Assembly (NCBI GenBank): GCA_043228905.1
Contig: JBHGNT010000008.1
Coordinates: 18,662,001-18,726,000, forward strand
Direction of reading: 5' to 3'
DNA: 64,000 bases
From: Azolla caroliniana
Lineage: Eukaryota > Plantae > Polypodiophyta
Of this stretch, positions 53,208 through 64,000 are shown one piece after another. A program made the translations under genes and the position numbers. Under the pieces are notes generated by a model, which ran no database searches, was not told where the DNA came from, and saw nothing but the letters and a program-made list of their open reading frames with translations. Within the stretch, counting starts at the first letter, position 1, and the number at the start of each line of letters is the position of its first letter.

Positions 53208-54419
53208 ATGGCCTCGAACTCATGCGACACCACAAGATACAAGTCCCCTGTGTATGATGATGATAAGTATTATTTCCCAGAGAAGATTATTGCACGCATT
53301 CCCTTCAAATGGGAGGCCGCACCGGGCACCCCCAACAAGAAATTTGATGCAAGGTTAACCAAGAACAACTATATCTTTGGTGGTCATGATAATGGTGCAT
53401 TAGCTCCGGCCGACAAGCATGTGGGTGCATGTGATGATGGTGCATTAGTTCCCGATGCTGACATGGACGTAGACGTGGCAGCTCACGCGGACAAGGCGGC
53501 TGGAGATCATGCCGATGTGGACACAGATGTGGCAGTTGGTGTAGCCATTGACACTGATAAGAAGGCAACCGAATCCTTGAACATAAACTATTACGCTCTT
53601 CGGCCCCCTCCTGGTAAGCTTGCTCTCCCCACCCCTTTCCGAGTGAAAGACATCCTAGAGATGCAATATCAAAGTTTGCCAAGGCACCCAAATGGATGCA
53701 TTGATGATGATGATGATGAAGAAGAAGAAGATGATGATAATGACGATGACAATGACGGCGATGATGAATATTTCAATAAATCTCTGCCGAGATACCATAA
53801 CAATGGTGGGGGGCGACGTATGGCTAGGTCATTCCGATTCATGTCTTTTCGATCAGGCCATAATGCCAGTGTTGTGCCATTGACAACTGAGAAATCCAAG
53901 AGCTCCTCGAATCGTCTTGGTTTGCAAGTGAGAAGCCAGAGCTGCCTTGATACACGTGATATCACTACCATGTCTCCTAGTAATATGTTAGCCATAGCCA
54001 CCAGTCACAAGTTGAGAGATCTCATGCAACAGAGCAACAATTTCTCAGAGCTGCTCACTTTAGCAAATAAGATTACTGACACCGATCAGACGAAAAAGTC
54101 GAAGAGGAAGAAGGAGGAGAAGAAGAAGAAGATGAAGGATCGGATAAGGCACTGGTACATAAATCCAGTTCCTAGTCATGTAAATGCTCAATATGAAGTG
54201 GAGGAAGAGCTTGCAAAAACTCTTTGCAGGAACACAACTGATGCAGTTGATCAGTTAGTGCTGGATTCAACCCAATATTCCGACCCTCTCATCGATGACG
54301 ATGTGAAAATGTGTTCGCCGGAGCATGATCCCACTGATCTTGGAACCCACCACAATCATGAAAGTCCAGCCAAACTCCGTTTTTTCCCGATCTACACTTG
54401 CACATCTTGCTGGCGTTAA
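53208..54419 (+). CDS. Single-exon uncharacterised plant protein (403 aa) with a DUF688-like PFKWE..PG.P motif
   Basis: Long ORF with IPFKWEAAPGTP and LRPPPG motifs, an acidic D/E tract and a Lys-rich NLS-like run. Confidence 0.75.
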   Translation: MASNSCDTTRYKSPVYDDDKYYFPEKIIARIPFKWEAAPGTPNKKFDARLTKNNYIFGGHDNGALAPADKHVGACDDGALVPDADMDVDVAAHADKAAGDHADVDTDVAVGVAIDTDKKATESLNINYYALRPPPGKLALPTPFRVKDILEMQYQSLPRHPNGCIDDDDDEEEEDDDNDDDNDGDDEYFNKSLPRYHNNGGGRRMARSFRFMSFRSGHNASVVPLTTEKSKSSSNRLGLQVRSQSCLDTRDITTMSPSNMLAIATSHKLRDLMQQSNNFSELLTLANKITDTDQTKKSKRKKEEKKKKMKDRIRHWYINPVPSHVNAQYEVEEELAKTLCRNTTDAVDQLVLDSTQYSDPLIDDDVKMCSPEHDPTDLGTHHNHESPAKLRFFPIYTCTSCWR

Positions 54420-54699
54420 TTTAGATTTAATGCTCTTTTTACAAATCCCCTGTTACAAGATAGGCTAGCCTCTAAATTTACATCTAGTGCCAGAGAGCAA
54501 AGCCAGTCTTTTTTATCTCCATTTTCATAAGTTGTGAAATATCTTAGCACGCTTTACATCAGCAGTATCCTGCTTTAATATGATATTATGTACTGTGTTT
54601 GGAATTTTATGGAATATTAGTTCGGTTGGATTTACTTGGATCTGATTTATTTGTAAATAAGATGACCATTTTCTAATATACTTGAATATCATTGAAATT

Positions 54700-56898
54700 T
54701 TAATCCCCCATGGCATATATGTTTGCTAGTGTAACATATGAGGCAGCATTATCTGGCTCTAGCTGGAAAACGACATCAGCCAGTTGTTTTCCTCTAATGC
54801 CATCCAAATGCATATTACAACAGGCAAGCAAACCCATCCACGAGCTTGCTGTCTTTGCAAATGGCATATTACCGATAATTTCCTCTGCCTCATCTAATCT
54901 ACCAGCTCGCCCAAGAAGGACAATCAAGCAATTGAAATGATCTATGCATGGCATAAGATTATAGCTATAGCACATAAAGAAGTACTGAAAACCCTCATCC
55001 AGAAGCCCACAATGGCTACAAGCTGAAAGAACATTGAAGAATGTTACCCCGTCAGGGTCCACTCCTTCCATTTGCATATGCTTAAGAATGTTGATCACAT
55101 CCTCAATATGCCCATGCTGATAAAAGACTCCAATCAACGCATTCCATGTGATCAGGCTTCGATTCTTTATCTTTTCAAATGCTTGTTTTGCCTGTCTCAG
55201 AGCACCACACTTGCCATACATATGGATGATGGCATTCCCAACCACAGTATTGGCTTCGAGAGAAGCACCCAAGATGCCTGAATGGAGACGCATTCCTTCA
55301 TCTAACGCTAGAGTGTTTGCACATGTAGCAAATAAAGTGGCATAAGTTACAGGGCTCGGCAGTGTACCCTGACATACCATTTGTTGAGATAATTGGAAGG
55401 GTCCAGAAAACTTCCCAAACTCGAGAAAACCACATATCATACTATTCCAAAATACTACACTCGGCTCTGAGATATTGCTATTGAATTGCATCCATGCAAG
55501 TTTAAGGTCACCACATTTAGCATACATGTTGACAAGAGAATTCCTGGCATGTGATTCGATACCATCGGCTGCAAGACATGTATGTAACCGGACACCCTCC
55601 GCTAGAGCTACCTGGTCAGCACGGTCAGCACACCCCGATAAAATGGTTGTGTAAGTCACCTTGTCGGGGATGAGGCATTCTAGGTGTAATTGCTTGAAGA
55701 GTTGAAGGGATTTGTCCCACTCTCCATGCTGGATAGAGGCTCCAAGCATAGTATTCCATAAAATAAGGTTCTTGCATTCAAGCTCTTGATTAAAGATCAC
55801 CCATGCATCATGTGCACTTTGACACTCACTATATGCTTTCACAAGCGCAGCTCCCAGCGCAAGATGGGAAGTTACATATCCTAGTGATAAAATGTACACA
55901 TGAATTTGCTTGACTTCTGCAAGTGTCCGGCATGAAGCAAGTACACCAAGAAAACTGACTTCGTCAGGCATGAAACCCTCATGTTTCATTTGCTGAAGTA
56001 ATAATTGCATTGAATTATGAGCATTTTTATGATTATGCATATAGGTATTATGATTATGCACACATGCATTGATATAGGCATTCCAAGAGACCAGATTTCT
56101 CCATTGCAATTGGTCGAAAGCTCTCAAGGAACTTTCTAAACAATGACATTTACCATACATATGGATGAGACTAGTCCCAATGGAGATCTGAGGATCAATA
56201 CCTGAGCCAACCAAGAAGGCATGGCATTGTTTAGCATCAACCAAAGTCGAGAGAATTGGAAGGATTGCAAGAAAAGTGACACTATCAGGGAGCGTACCTT
56301 CCACATCCATTTGTTTGAAAAGGCACAAAGCCACATCTAGCTGGCCATGATCGACATAAGCGGAAATAAGAGCATTCCAAGAGATGACATTCCTCTGTTC
56401 CACATTACCAAATGCATTCTTTGCCTCTTGAATGTCGCCACACTTGTTATACATGGTAATGAGGGCAGTGCCCACAATCACATCCATGTGAGCGAGGCCA
56501 TCGCAACACATCATCTGGACATGCATGATTTTCCCTATCCTCAAAGCTTCTCCATTGGAACATGATGAGATTAGCGTTACGAACATTACCTTGTCTGGGA
56601 TGAAACCTTGAGACAGCATCCGGTGGAAGAGACAGTGAGCTTCCATGGGGTAGCCATGGCTAGTGAAGGAACCCATCATAATAGAGAAGGAGAAGAGGTT
56701 ATGTGAGGTCATGTCACAAGATTGGAAGATTGATTTGGCATCCTCTACTGCTCCGCAGGAGCCATGCATATACATTAAAAGGTTCCTTAAAAGGGTGCCC
56801 TGTTCTTCGCCACAGGAAACAATGTGGGTATGGATAATCTTTCCCTGTGCCAACAACCTCTGCTTGCCACATAGTTTTAGGAGAGAGGGAAGGTGCAT
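54700..56898 (-). CDS. PLS-class pentatricopeptide repeat protein with E domain, no DYW (732 aa)
   Basis: Intronless ORF with repeated motifs (ALITMYNKCG..A...F, NVISWNALISAY, PDKVTYTTILSGC) and the terminal P2/L2/S2-E signature (VLSACSHCGLLDEG..HFNCLIVLLGRAGRLDEAE..MPF..SWMGLLACC..H..LEPDNAASYVTLANIYA). Confidence 0.93.
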   Translation of the reverse strand: MHLPSLLKLCGKQRLLAQGKIIHTHIVSCGEEQGTLLRNLLMYMHGSCGAVEDAKSIFQSCDMTSHNLFSFSIMMGSFTSHGYPMEAHCLFHRMLSQGFIPDKVMFVTLISSCSNGEALRIGKIMHVQMMCCDGLAHMDVIVGTALITMYNKCGDIQEAKNAFGNVEQRNVISWNALISAYVDHGQLDVALCLFKQMDVEGTLPDSVTFLAILPILSTLVDAKQCHAFLVGSGIDPQISIGTSLIHMYGKCHCLESSLRAFDQLQWRNLVSWNAYINACVHNHNTYMHNHKNAHNSMQLLLQQMKHEGFMPDEVSFLGVLASCRTLAEVKQIHVYILSLGYVTSHLALGAALVKAYSECQSAHDAWVIFNQELECKNLILWNTMLGASIQHGEWDKSLQLFKQLHLECLIPDKVTYTTILSGCADRADQVALAEGVRLHTCLAADGIESHARNSLVNMYAKCGDLKLAWMQFNSNISEPSVVFWNSMICGFLEFGKFSGPFQLSQQMVCQGTLPSPVTYATLFATCANTLALDEGMRLHSGILGASLEANTVVGNAIIHMYGKCGALRQAKQAFEKIKNRSLITWNALIGVFYQHGHIEDVINILKHMQMEGVDPDGVTFFNVLSACSHCGLLDEGFQYFFMCYSYNLMPCIDHFNCLIVLLGRAGRLDEAEEIIGNMPFAKTASSWMGLLACCNMHLDGIRGKQLADVVFQLEPDNAASYVTLANIYAMGD

Positions 56899-57012
56899 TG
56901 AGGATCTGTGACATAGCTTCTGCCCCCTTGGACCTGACCTTGGCCTTCTGTGTCAAGTCAAGGGAGTGGCAGAGCAGAGTATTGTAGGTAGTGTCCACTG
57001 TCTACATATAAC

Positions 57013-57360
57013 TAACAATCGGCAACGGTTCGGTTTGAACCGAACGGAACCGCAAAACCGTGGTGTAACGGTTTCAACGGTTCGGTTCAGGTTTAGGTTT
57101 TTTAAACGGTTCGGTTCGGTTTCAACGCTAAGAAACCACGGTTTAACGGTTTTTTATTTATAAATTTTATAAATTTTGTTTTTAAACAATCTTTTCATTT
57201 TTAGACCTTATTCTCACATTTTAGGAACATCTTTAAAATTTTAAAATTTTAAAATAATGAAATATTTTAAATTTTAAACTTTGACCTAAGTTGAAAACCA
57301 AAAATAAACCACGAACCGCGGTTTTAACGGTTTCGTGATCCAAACCGTTGCCGATTGTTA
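57013..57360. mobile_element. Complete MITE (348 bp) with 18-bp TIRs
   Basis: TAACAATCGGCAACGGTT...AACCGTTGCCGATTGTTA, with GGTTCGGTT subterminal repeats and an AT-rich core. No TSD longer than the terminal TA is seen. Confidence 0.9.
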
Positions 57361-57589
57361 TCTGCAGAACAAAGATGATCAAATATTATATGTATATATA
57401 TATATATATATCTTCTGGTTTTTTGTCCTTCTTGTGCTTTCCTTGTCCATCGAGGCCTTGGACCTGTACTCACCTCACGTTTTCACCATGGTCACAGACC
57501 AAGTAAACTTATTAGATGAATAAGAAATTGCATGCTAGGAATGCATAGAGTGCCGGGAAGCACATGCTCTGGACAAAGAAGGGTGTGTC

Positions 57590-57962
57590 GCCCACTTGCA
57601 TGCCACCTGGACATTGTGTACACACCTCTTTTGTCAACTATAACTTTGATGTAATTAGCTCATGTCTCCTTTCATGTTGCTTATTTTGGACCACAACTTA
57701 GACTATTTTCAATAATAATGAAAGAATGCTAGAAGAATACAACATTGGAATGGGAGCTCCAAAACCCATATGCAACCAATTCAATATCATTTCACTGTGC
57801 CACCAATTTGCATGCCACTTGGGCATTGCTTAGACACCTCTTTTGTCCACATATAGCTTTGATGTAATTATAACTCATGTTTCCTCTCACGTTGTGCATA
57901 TTTTGGACCACAACTTAGAGACTATTTTCAATAATAATGAAAGAATGCTAGAAGAATACAAT
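57590..57962 (+). repeat. ~155-bp diverged direct repeat pair
   Basis: TTGCATGCCAC..TTTTGGACCACAACTTAGA..TATTTTCAATAATAATGAAAGAATGCTAGAAGAATACAA occurs twice. Confidence 0.85.
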
Positions 57963-59501
57963 AACACACATCTCACCTTTCAAAAGGCCACATTAGTTTG
58001 TGTGACACGTGAAAAAAACCCTTCTAGATGGAAGACTTGTCACATTTTGGATGTTGATGTTGGTTGTTTTTGTAATGAGAAGATAACGAACTTCTAGTTA
58101 GTCAACGTCAACCAACAATGGATGATGAACTCCATTCACATTACCGTCTATCATGGAATTATGATTTGTCTTGAAAGAAAACATAGCCCTAACCAGAAAA
58201 TCATTGAAACTTTCAATAGGAACTAGAAACAATCTTGTGTATTGACATCTGCATAACTTCATTCTATGAATCTCAGACCTTTCAATCTAGCACAGCAGAA
58301 CAAACTTCGTCATAAGAATAACCAAGGGCAGAGGGAGTTTCCAAATTTTTACAGTTTACAAATAACGCATAGAGTAGACTCATTTAACATCAATCTATTG
58401 AGATTGTAGAATTGTTCTTGGGATAACTGGCTTTGACTTACTGAAAAAAAACTGATAGATATAAAGCATCCAGATATGATGAAAACCCCATTTCATATTT
58501 TACTCTACATCTTGTAGGTCTTTGAGGTTAACATTGTTGACAACATCAAATATAGAAGTAGATTCAATCACATATCATCATGAAATCACCACATACGATT
58601 CAGTCTTCGCCAACAAGTGTGCTAAAGTTTTGACATTAGATATCCAAACATAACATAGAGGACTTGCCTATCACTAACAATCCATCTTCCTTCAAGGTCT
58701 TCAGCCTACAGTACTTCAGAGATTTATCACCAGACCATCTCAGATTACCAGAATTCATTCAAGCATCATTTTCATTTGACCCTAAGTTGGGCTCAAGATA
58801 AACTTTGTTATATTAGTAATGGAGCACTCAAGACCGAAAATGTTACAGGATATAAGCAGCAGTATCCAGGTTATCATCATAATATGTTCGGCTGCGCACC
58901 ATCCTATATGCCAACTTTCATGCTATACTTTAGTACAAGAAATTGTAGATTCACAACGTTTACTAGCCATGAACACCACACTATATTACTATTGGCAACT
59001 CAATTATAGCCTTGTAGGATAAACTCAATAACAGTAAACACTTCCTACATATACAGAACGATTGAAGCCCTAACATAACATCCTAAAACTAGAAAACCAG
59101 AAGTAGAGTACTAAATCAACCTTAACAGGAAAATCTTTCTCCACAATTATAAGTTCTCAAAAACATACGCAATATCAGCATATTGAACCAAAATGGTCTA
59201 AAAGAACCTAACAGCCTAACATCTTGAAATGCATTGATTTGTTTTTCGTGACAATGTTTGTCAATATTCAAAACCATCTTGAAGCCTAGTATAAGACATC
59301 CCCACAAAGAAACAGCCAGTAGATCTTGACGAGTAATGCAGTAAAATAATAGGCTCGCAACAAAACCTCATTCGGGAGCTTCCACATTTCATGTCCTTGC
59401 CACTTGAGATAACGAAAATTCTGACTAACTAGAAGAAAATGCTTCTATAATGGGCTCCATCGTTATCCACAATCTTGAAATGCAGAGCTTAGCACCATGT
59501 C

Positions 59502-62500
59502 TTAACTTGGACTTCTAGCAATCTGTTATCAACAAGATAAAACAGAAGTTCAAATTATCAAACAGAGTGCAAATTGAATTCTAATTATCAAGCTTTTACA
59601 TAAATGACATACAGGTGACCGTGAGCGAGATCGGGATTGAGGACTACGGCTACCACTCCTCTGGTTGTTTGGAGCTTTTGATGCCTGCATGACCATCAAA
59701 TGCAGAAAGTGTCTCAATAACACTTGGTCTTAGCCATGGTAGAAAGTGGGTCATGTTTCTTACCTTTGGAGGAGGGGACTTAGATAAGGACCTGCCAACC
59801 AAACAAAGCACAATTATTTCTTAATACATGACAAAAATTACACATTCATAGTATATATGATTCCCTTTGTAAAACAACCATCTACAAGAAAGAAGAAAGA
59901 TGCTGACCTAGAGGCTGATCTTGCAGATGGTGACCTTGGAGGAGATCGGGAACGAGAACGTGATCGTGAGCGGGGGGAACGGGAACGGGAACGAGCAGGG
60001 GACCTCCCAGCCGATTTCGAACGTGATCTGGATCGGGACCTGGAAGGTCCTCTGCTGCCAGAGCGACTGCAATCGAATGGACAATTTAAAGCTTTGGCAT
60101 AATTAACAACTTCAGGACAAAAAATTGTTGTCATAATCATATCATGACTCACCTTCGACTACGCCTCGGTGAATAACTTCTACGTGAGCCACCCCTTCCT
60201 TTGTCTTCTCGTACCTATAAAGAAGAAGATTGTCAATCCAACATTGATTGCTCTTAAAAAATGGAACATAAACTTTCTAAATCAGGTTTTCATGGACGAA
60301 AAAAGAAATTGGAACTCTTCGAGTCAAAGAAACAATCAATCATATTTTACTCCAGACATGGGATTTTAAAGACATCTTACCTCCCTCACTTCCATGGTAC
60401 AATCACAATATATTAACATCAACCCGAAAATTAGTCTTATTTCTCAACCTGCAATTTCAGCTCTCATTTTGAAACTTTTACACGGACATAAATTGCTCGT
60501 TTTCTTTTATTTCAGTTCTGTTTTCTAAATTTCTACACAAACAGATTTGTATACGTGTTTATAAAATATAGGGCACCCAAATCCAAAACAAAAGAGGGTT
60601 TCATAATGGAAGACAAACCAGCGCTTACAATATGTGATTTTAGTTTGAGAAATTCACTAGGCTTGAAATTCAATTTCATTCCTCCTAGACACAATGCAAA
60701 AACTTGTTGAGATTTTCTAATTTCTCTGAAAAAATGAACTCAAATTACCGTAAGCTTATGGCTGTGAAATGCAAGTTTTAGCAAAAGATCATACCATACT
60801 TTCAACATCAAGGCATACCAACCACAATTTTTAAATGCAAATTTTAGTAAAGGATCAAGCTATGTCTTCAACATCAGAGAATATGTATTATAACTATTTG
60901 AGTACAGAGACAAGCCAATAAAAATCAAACCTTATTATATGAGAGGAAATAACTGCCAGTGTACTGTTTGAGATCCCATAGGTCATATTTGGCATTCCAA
61001 GGGCTGTAAATCATAATATGTCTCCCTCCTATTATCTACCAATTCTAGATATAATAGCCTTGATGTTATCAACCCAAGAAGATAAAAAATCTTCATTAGA
61101 TCAATAATTAATTTCACCACATGTGATATGATTTTGAGAAACACGCATACAAATCTGTTTATAAATTATTACAAGATCTGTTCATACTACTCTAAATAAT
61201 AAGACTTACTCAGTTGATTCCAAAAAACCATCATGTAGGAAGTTCCAGACTTACCCGAATAAAAGAATGTGAATATCGATTGCGGAATTCCGACTCATCC
61301 AGTTTGCGAATCTGAATCCATTGATAATTCCAATGAATGCTAAGTGAATAAATATAAGGCACATTTAAAATGATTTTGATGTTTGACTTCATCTTACTGC
61401 ATATTTCATGTCCTCATAATTTGTATAATCAACAATGCCCACTGTGCCTGCAATTCAAAAGAGCAGAATATAGCTTTGATTAACCTTTCACCTTGTATTT
61501 GAGTGATGAAGGAATCTAGATTGATTCCTCTTTCTCTAACTAATTATAGTGTTGTATGAGCACAATCACATATCTTGTCCAGAACTTAATAACATGCAAT
61601 ATAACTAGTACACATGTAACAATAACTGTGTGAACAATCACCTATCTGCACAAACACACAGCCGTGACACGCATAGTTATTAGATGATAAGGGTGTCGAT
61701 AGCATTTATTATCATTTTATAAATATATGGATATATGTATGTGTGTATATATACATCATAATTATGATGCAAGTTACATACAAGGCCCAATCATTCCTAG
61801 CTTGCTGTCTCAAATGGTTAGTGAGAAAAATATCATCACATCTATAGAGCAGTCTTCTACTGTTTCCAAAATTTCTTTAAAAGGAATGTCCTAAAGATAT
61901 ATTAAGGGCGAACTTGTTAGCCAAGCACAAACATCACTACAATTCTGCATGCGCAGGCTACATTGATTTAATAATTACATTCTAGTTCTATGGTATGGTG
62001 TCACTCAGGTGTTTTATAGTGGTCTCTGCCCAATCCCTTTTCGAATTTCCTATTCTGTTTCCAGTAATCTCCAAAAAAGCCAGTTTGCTAGTAGAATAGT
62101 GTAGAGAAGTCATAAATATCGATATTTCAGGTTCTTACCTCCTGCTTCACGGAACACTTGAGCAAAAGACACCTCCCCAGCTTTCCTCATGTGATCCTGC
62201 ATCAAGGTATATGATGCCTCATGATGCATATGTACACAAGTTTTGAGGTATATGTTTTCAGAACCAGAACTCACCTTTAGATCTTGCCATGAAGCTGATG
62301 GAGGTAACTTAGATACGTGGACTGAAATAAAAGGTAAATTAAAATAAAAAAAGGTATTCAAAGATCCATTAGACAAGATACAAATAATACTAAATGAAAA
62401 CCTCTGAATTCTGCTCTTCTGGAAACACCAGACCGCCCACTGTTGTGGTTGCTATGTCTATCATTAGATGAAAGTGAGCTGCGGCCCCCATGAGCAAGCT

Positions 62501-63600
62501 CAACCTAAAATAAATTAAAAAACATGCCACATGAGCCTGTGAGCTCCATGATATATCTAATCCAGCATAACAAAAATACTACAATCTATAGCAAGCTGGA
62601 ACTCCACAGTCAAAAGGATGATAGAAATGATAGACAGGACTTGCAAACCTATACAAATCTTCACAAAACCATCGATATGAATTTATATTAGTCACACAAA
62701 ACATCATCTATGCAATCTTCACATCCTAGATCTAGTAATAAGAATATGCTAGCCAATTACATCAAAAAACTCAGCTTCCTCAGCATTGCGAGATTTAACA
62801 TGAATAAAGTCAAGAAAATTTGGATTAAATAATCACAAGCCCAGCTACTTCAGCAATTTGGAGAACCATAAGTCAAATCATAGTTCAGATGCAGCAAAAT
62901 GCCATACACAATATATAACACCCTAAACCATTAAGAATAAGGCATAAAAGTTATCAAACGAATACAGAATGTTGTCATCCAAAGAGAAGAGTCCAGAAGA
63001 CTTTGCAAGTTTCACGATTTTTATTATTTTCCCAGATGCTTCTGAAATTCCATAGTATATATCCTAGGGTAGCATAAATAAAGATGGATTTGAGTTTTCA
63101 CATATGCAGTCCCTCATTTCTGCTTCCATAAGAAGACAATTTTGACAAATTTGAACACCATGATAAGGGAGTAGAGGATCCATAAGCAGAGCATATCATT
63201 TGCATTAGATGTTTCTGCATCACATGTAGCATACTCTACTGATACGGAAAACACATCCAAATCTCTAGTTTTGCAGCAGATTCATTAAATGAGACTGAGT
63301 CATCCCAATTTGAGCCCATACACAAAAATAAGTCTGAAATACAGATACAGACAACACAGTTTTGCGGCTGACAGCATGAGCCTGTGACATGGCCCAAGTT
63401 AAAAGAGAGATAAATGAAAAGCAACATTATATATCTCTGCATGAATTATCAGATCATCATTTCATATGGCTGAATTATTTTATTTCATACACATAATGAA
63501 AGAACTATGAGACAGGTTAACATACCCGAAGGTAATTACCATCATACTTGTAGCCATCCCTTCCTCTTATAGCATCCTCTGCATCCCGTGCATCCTCAAA
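59502..63600 (-). CDS. SR34: SR30/SR34 (SF2/ASF-type) serine/arginine-rich splicing factor, 5' end outside the window
   Basis: Exons 63526-63600, 62402-62504, 62275-62321, 62139-62196, 61398-61447, 61255-61311, 60153-60214, 59908-60066, 59764-59791, 59613-59684 and 59502-59522. RRM1 [26 protein letters not shown], pseudo-RRM SWQDLKDHMRKAG..YEDMKYAIRKLD, then an RS domain. The exact paralogue is uncertain. Confidence 0.93.
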
Positions 63601-64000
63601 CTGGAAATAGATTTGGTCAAAATCTATCAAAAATTTACATGCTGGAAATAGATTTGGCCAAAATCGTTTATGGGGAATAGACAAAGCAACATACCTCTAC
63701 AAAACAAAATCCAGGAGGGCGAGGAGGCAGCTTCAAATCGATATCGACAATTCGCCCATACTGCAATGAATGAAGATAAACAATATTGTGTAATGACAAA
63801 ACAAACTTTATCTTTGAGGCCAAACTGCAGACAGTCAAATGTCAGCATTAATTTGGATAATTACCATGCCTACATAGTGCTGACATTTGAGCTCCTCTTG
63901 AGCTCTAAACAATCCCTTTTATAAATGTGTGAACTATTATTCCATGTCCCAGCTTTCTTCATGAACGGATGGACCCATCTTAAAAAATAGAGAGTTCAGT

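Noticed and set aside
59857-60106. Plus-strand RD/RE-rich ORFs
   Set aside because: Antisense to the RS-domain exon of the SR gene.

Overview
Eukaryotic land-plant nuclear DNA. It is probably a fern, inferred from the intronless E-truncated PLS-PPR gene and the overall gene and TE style; this is not proven. Seven protein genes can be built by hand with canonical splice sites. (1) Actin (+, CDS 3278-4896, with a 5'-UTR leader exon ending at 1190). (2) A 22-exon WD40 protein with a (Gly-Asp)n tract (-, 8915-22644). (3) A NEPRO/Rmp1-like DUF4477 gene (-, 27572-33176) with a U12-type donor and a duplicated intron-exon unit. (4) An At1g76660/At5g52430-family Pro/Ser-rich gene (+, 44209-48496). (5) A single-exon PFKWE-motif gene (+, 53208-54419). 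(6) A PLS-E PPR gene (-, 54700-56898). (7) An SR30/SR34-type splicing factor (-, 59502 to beyond the window edge). Between them lie a decayed Ty1/copia with a nested solo LTR, a rearranged chromovirus-type gypsy remnant, LINE fragments and several MITEs. The most unusual structure is a near-intact second copy of the actin promoter, leader exon and 5' intron at 39.86-41.08 kb. It is inverted, has no actin CDS, and points into the NEPRO-like gene, making it a candidate promoter-capture or chimeric-leader system. The two copies also form inverted repeats around a 38-kb block. All coordinates were read by eye and may be off by a few nt.
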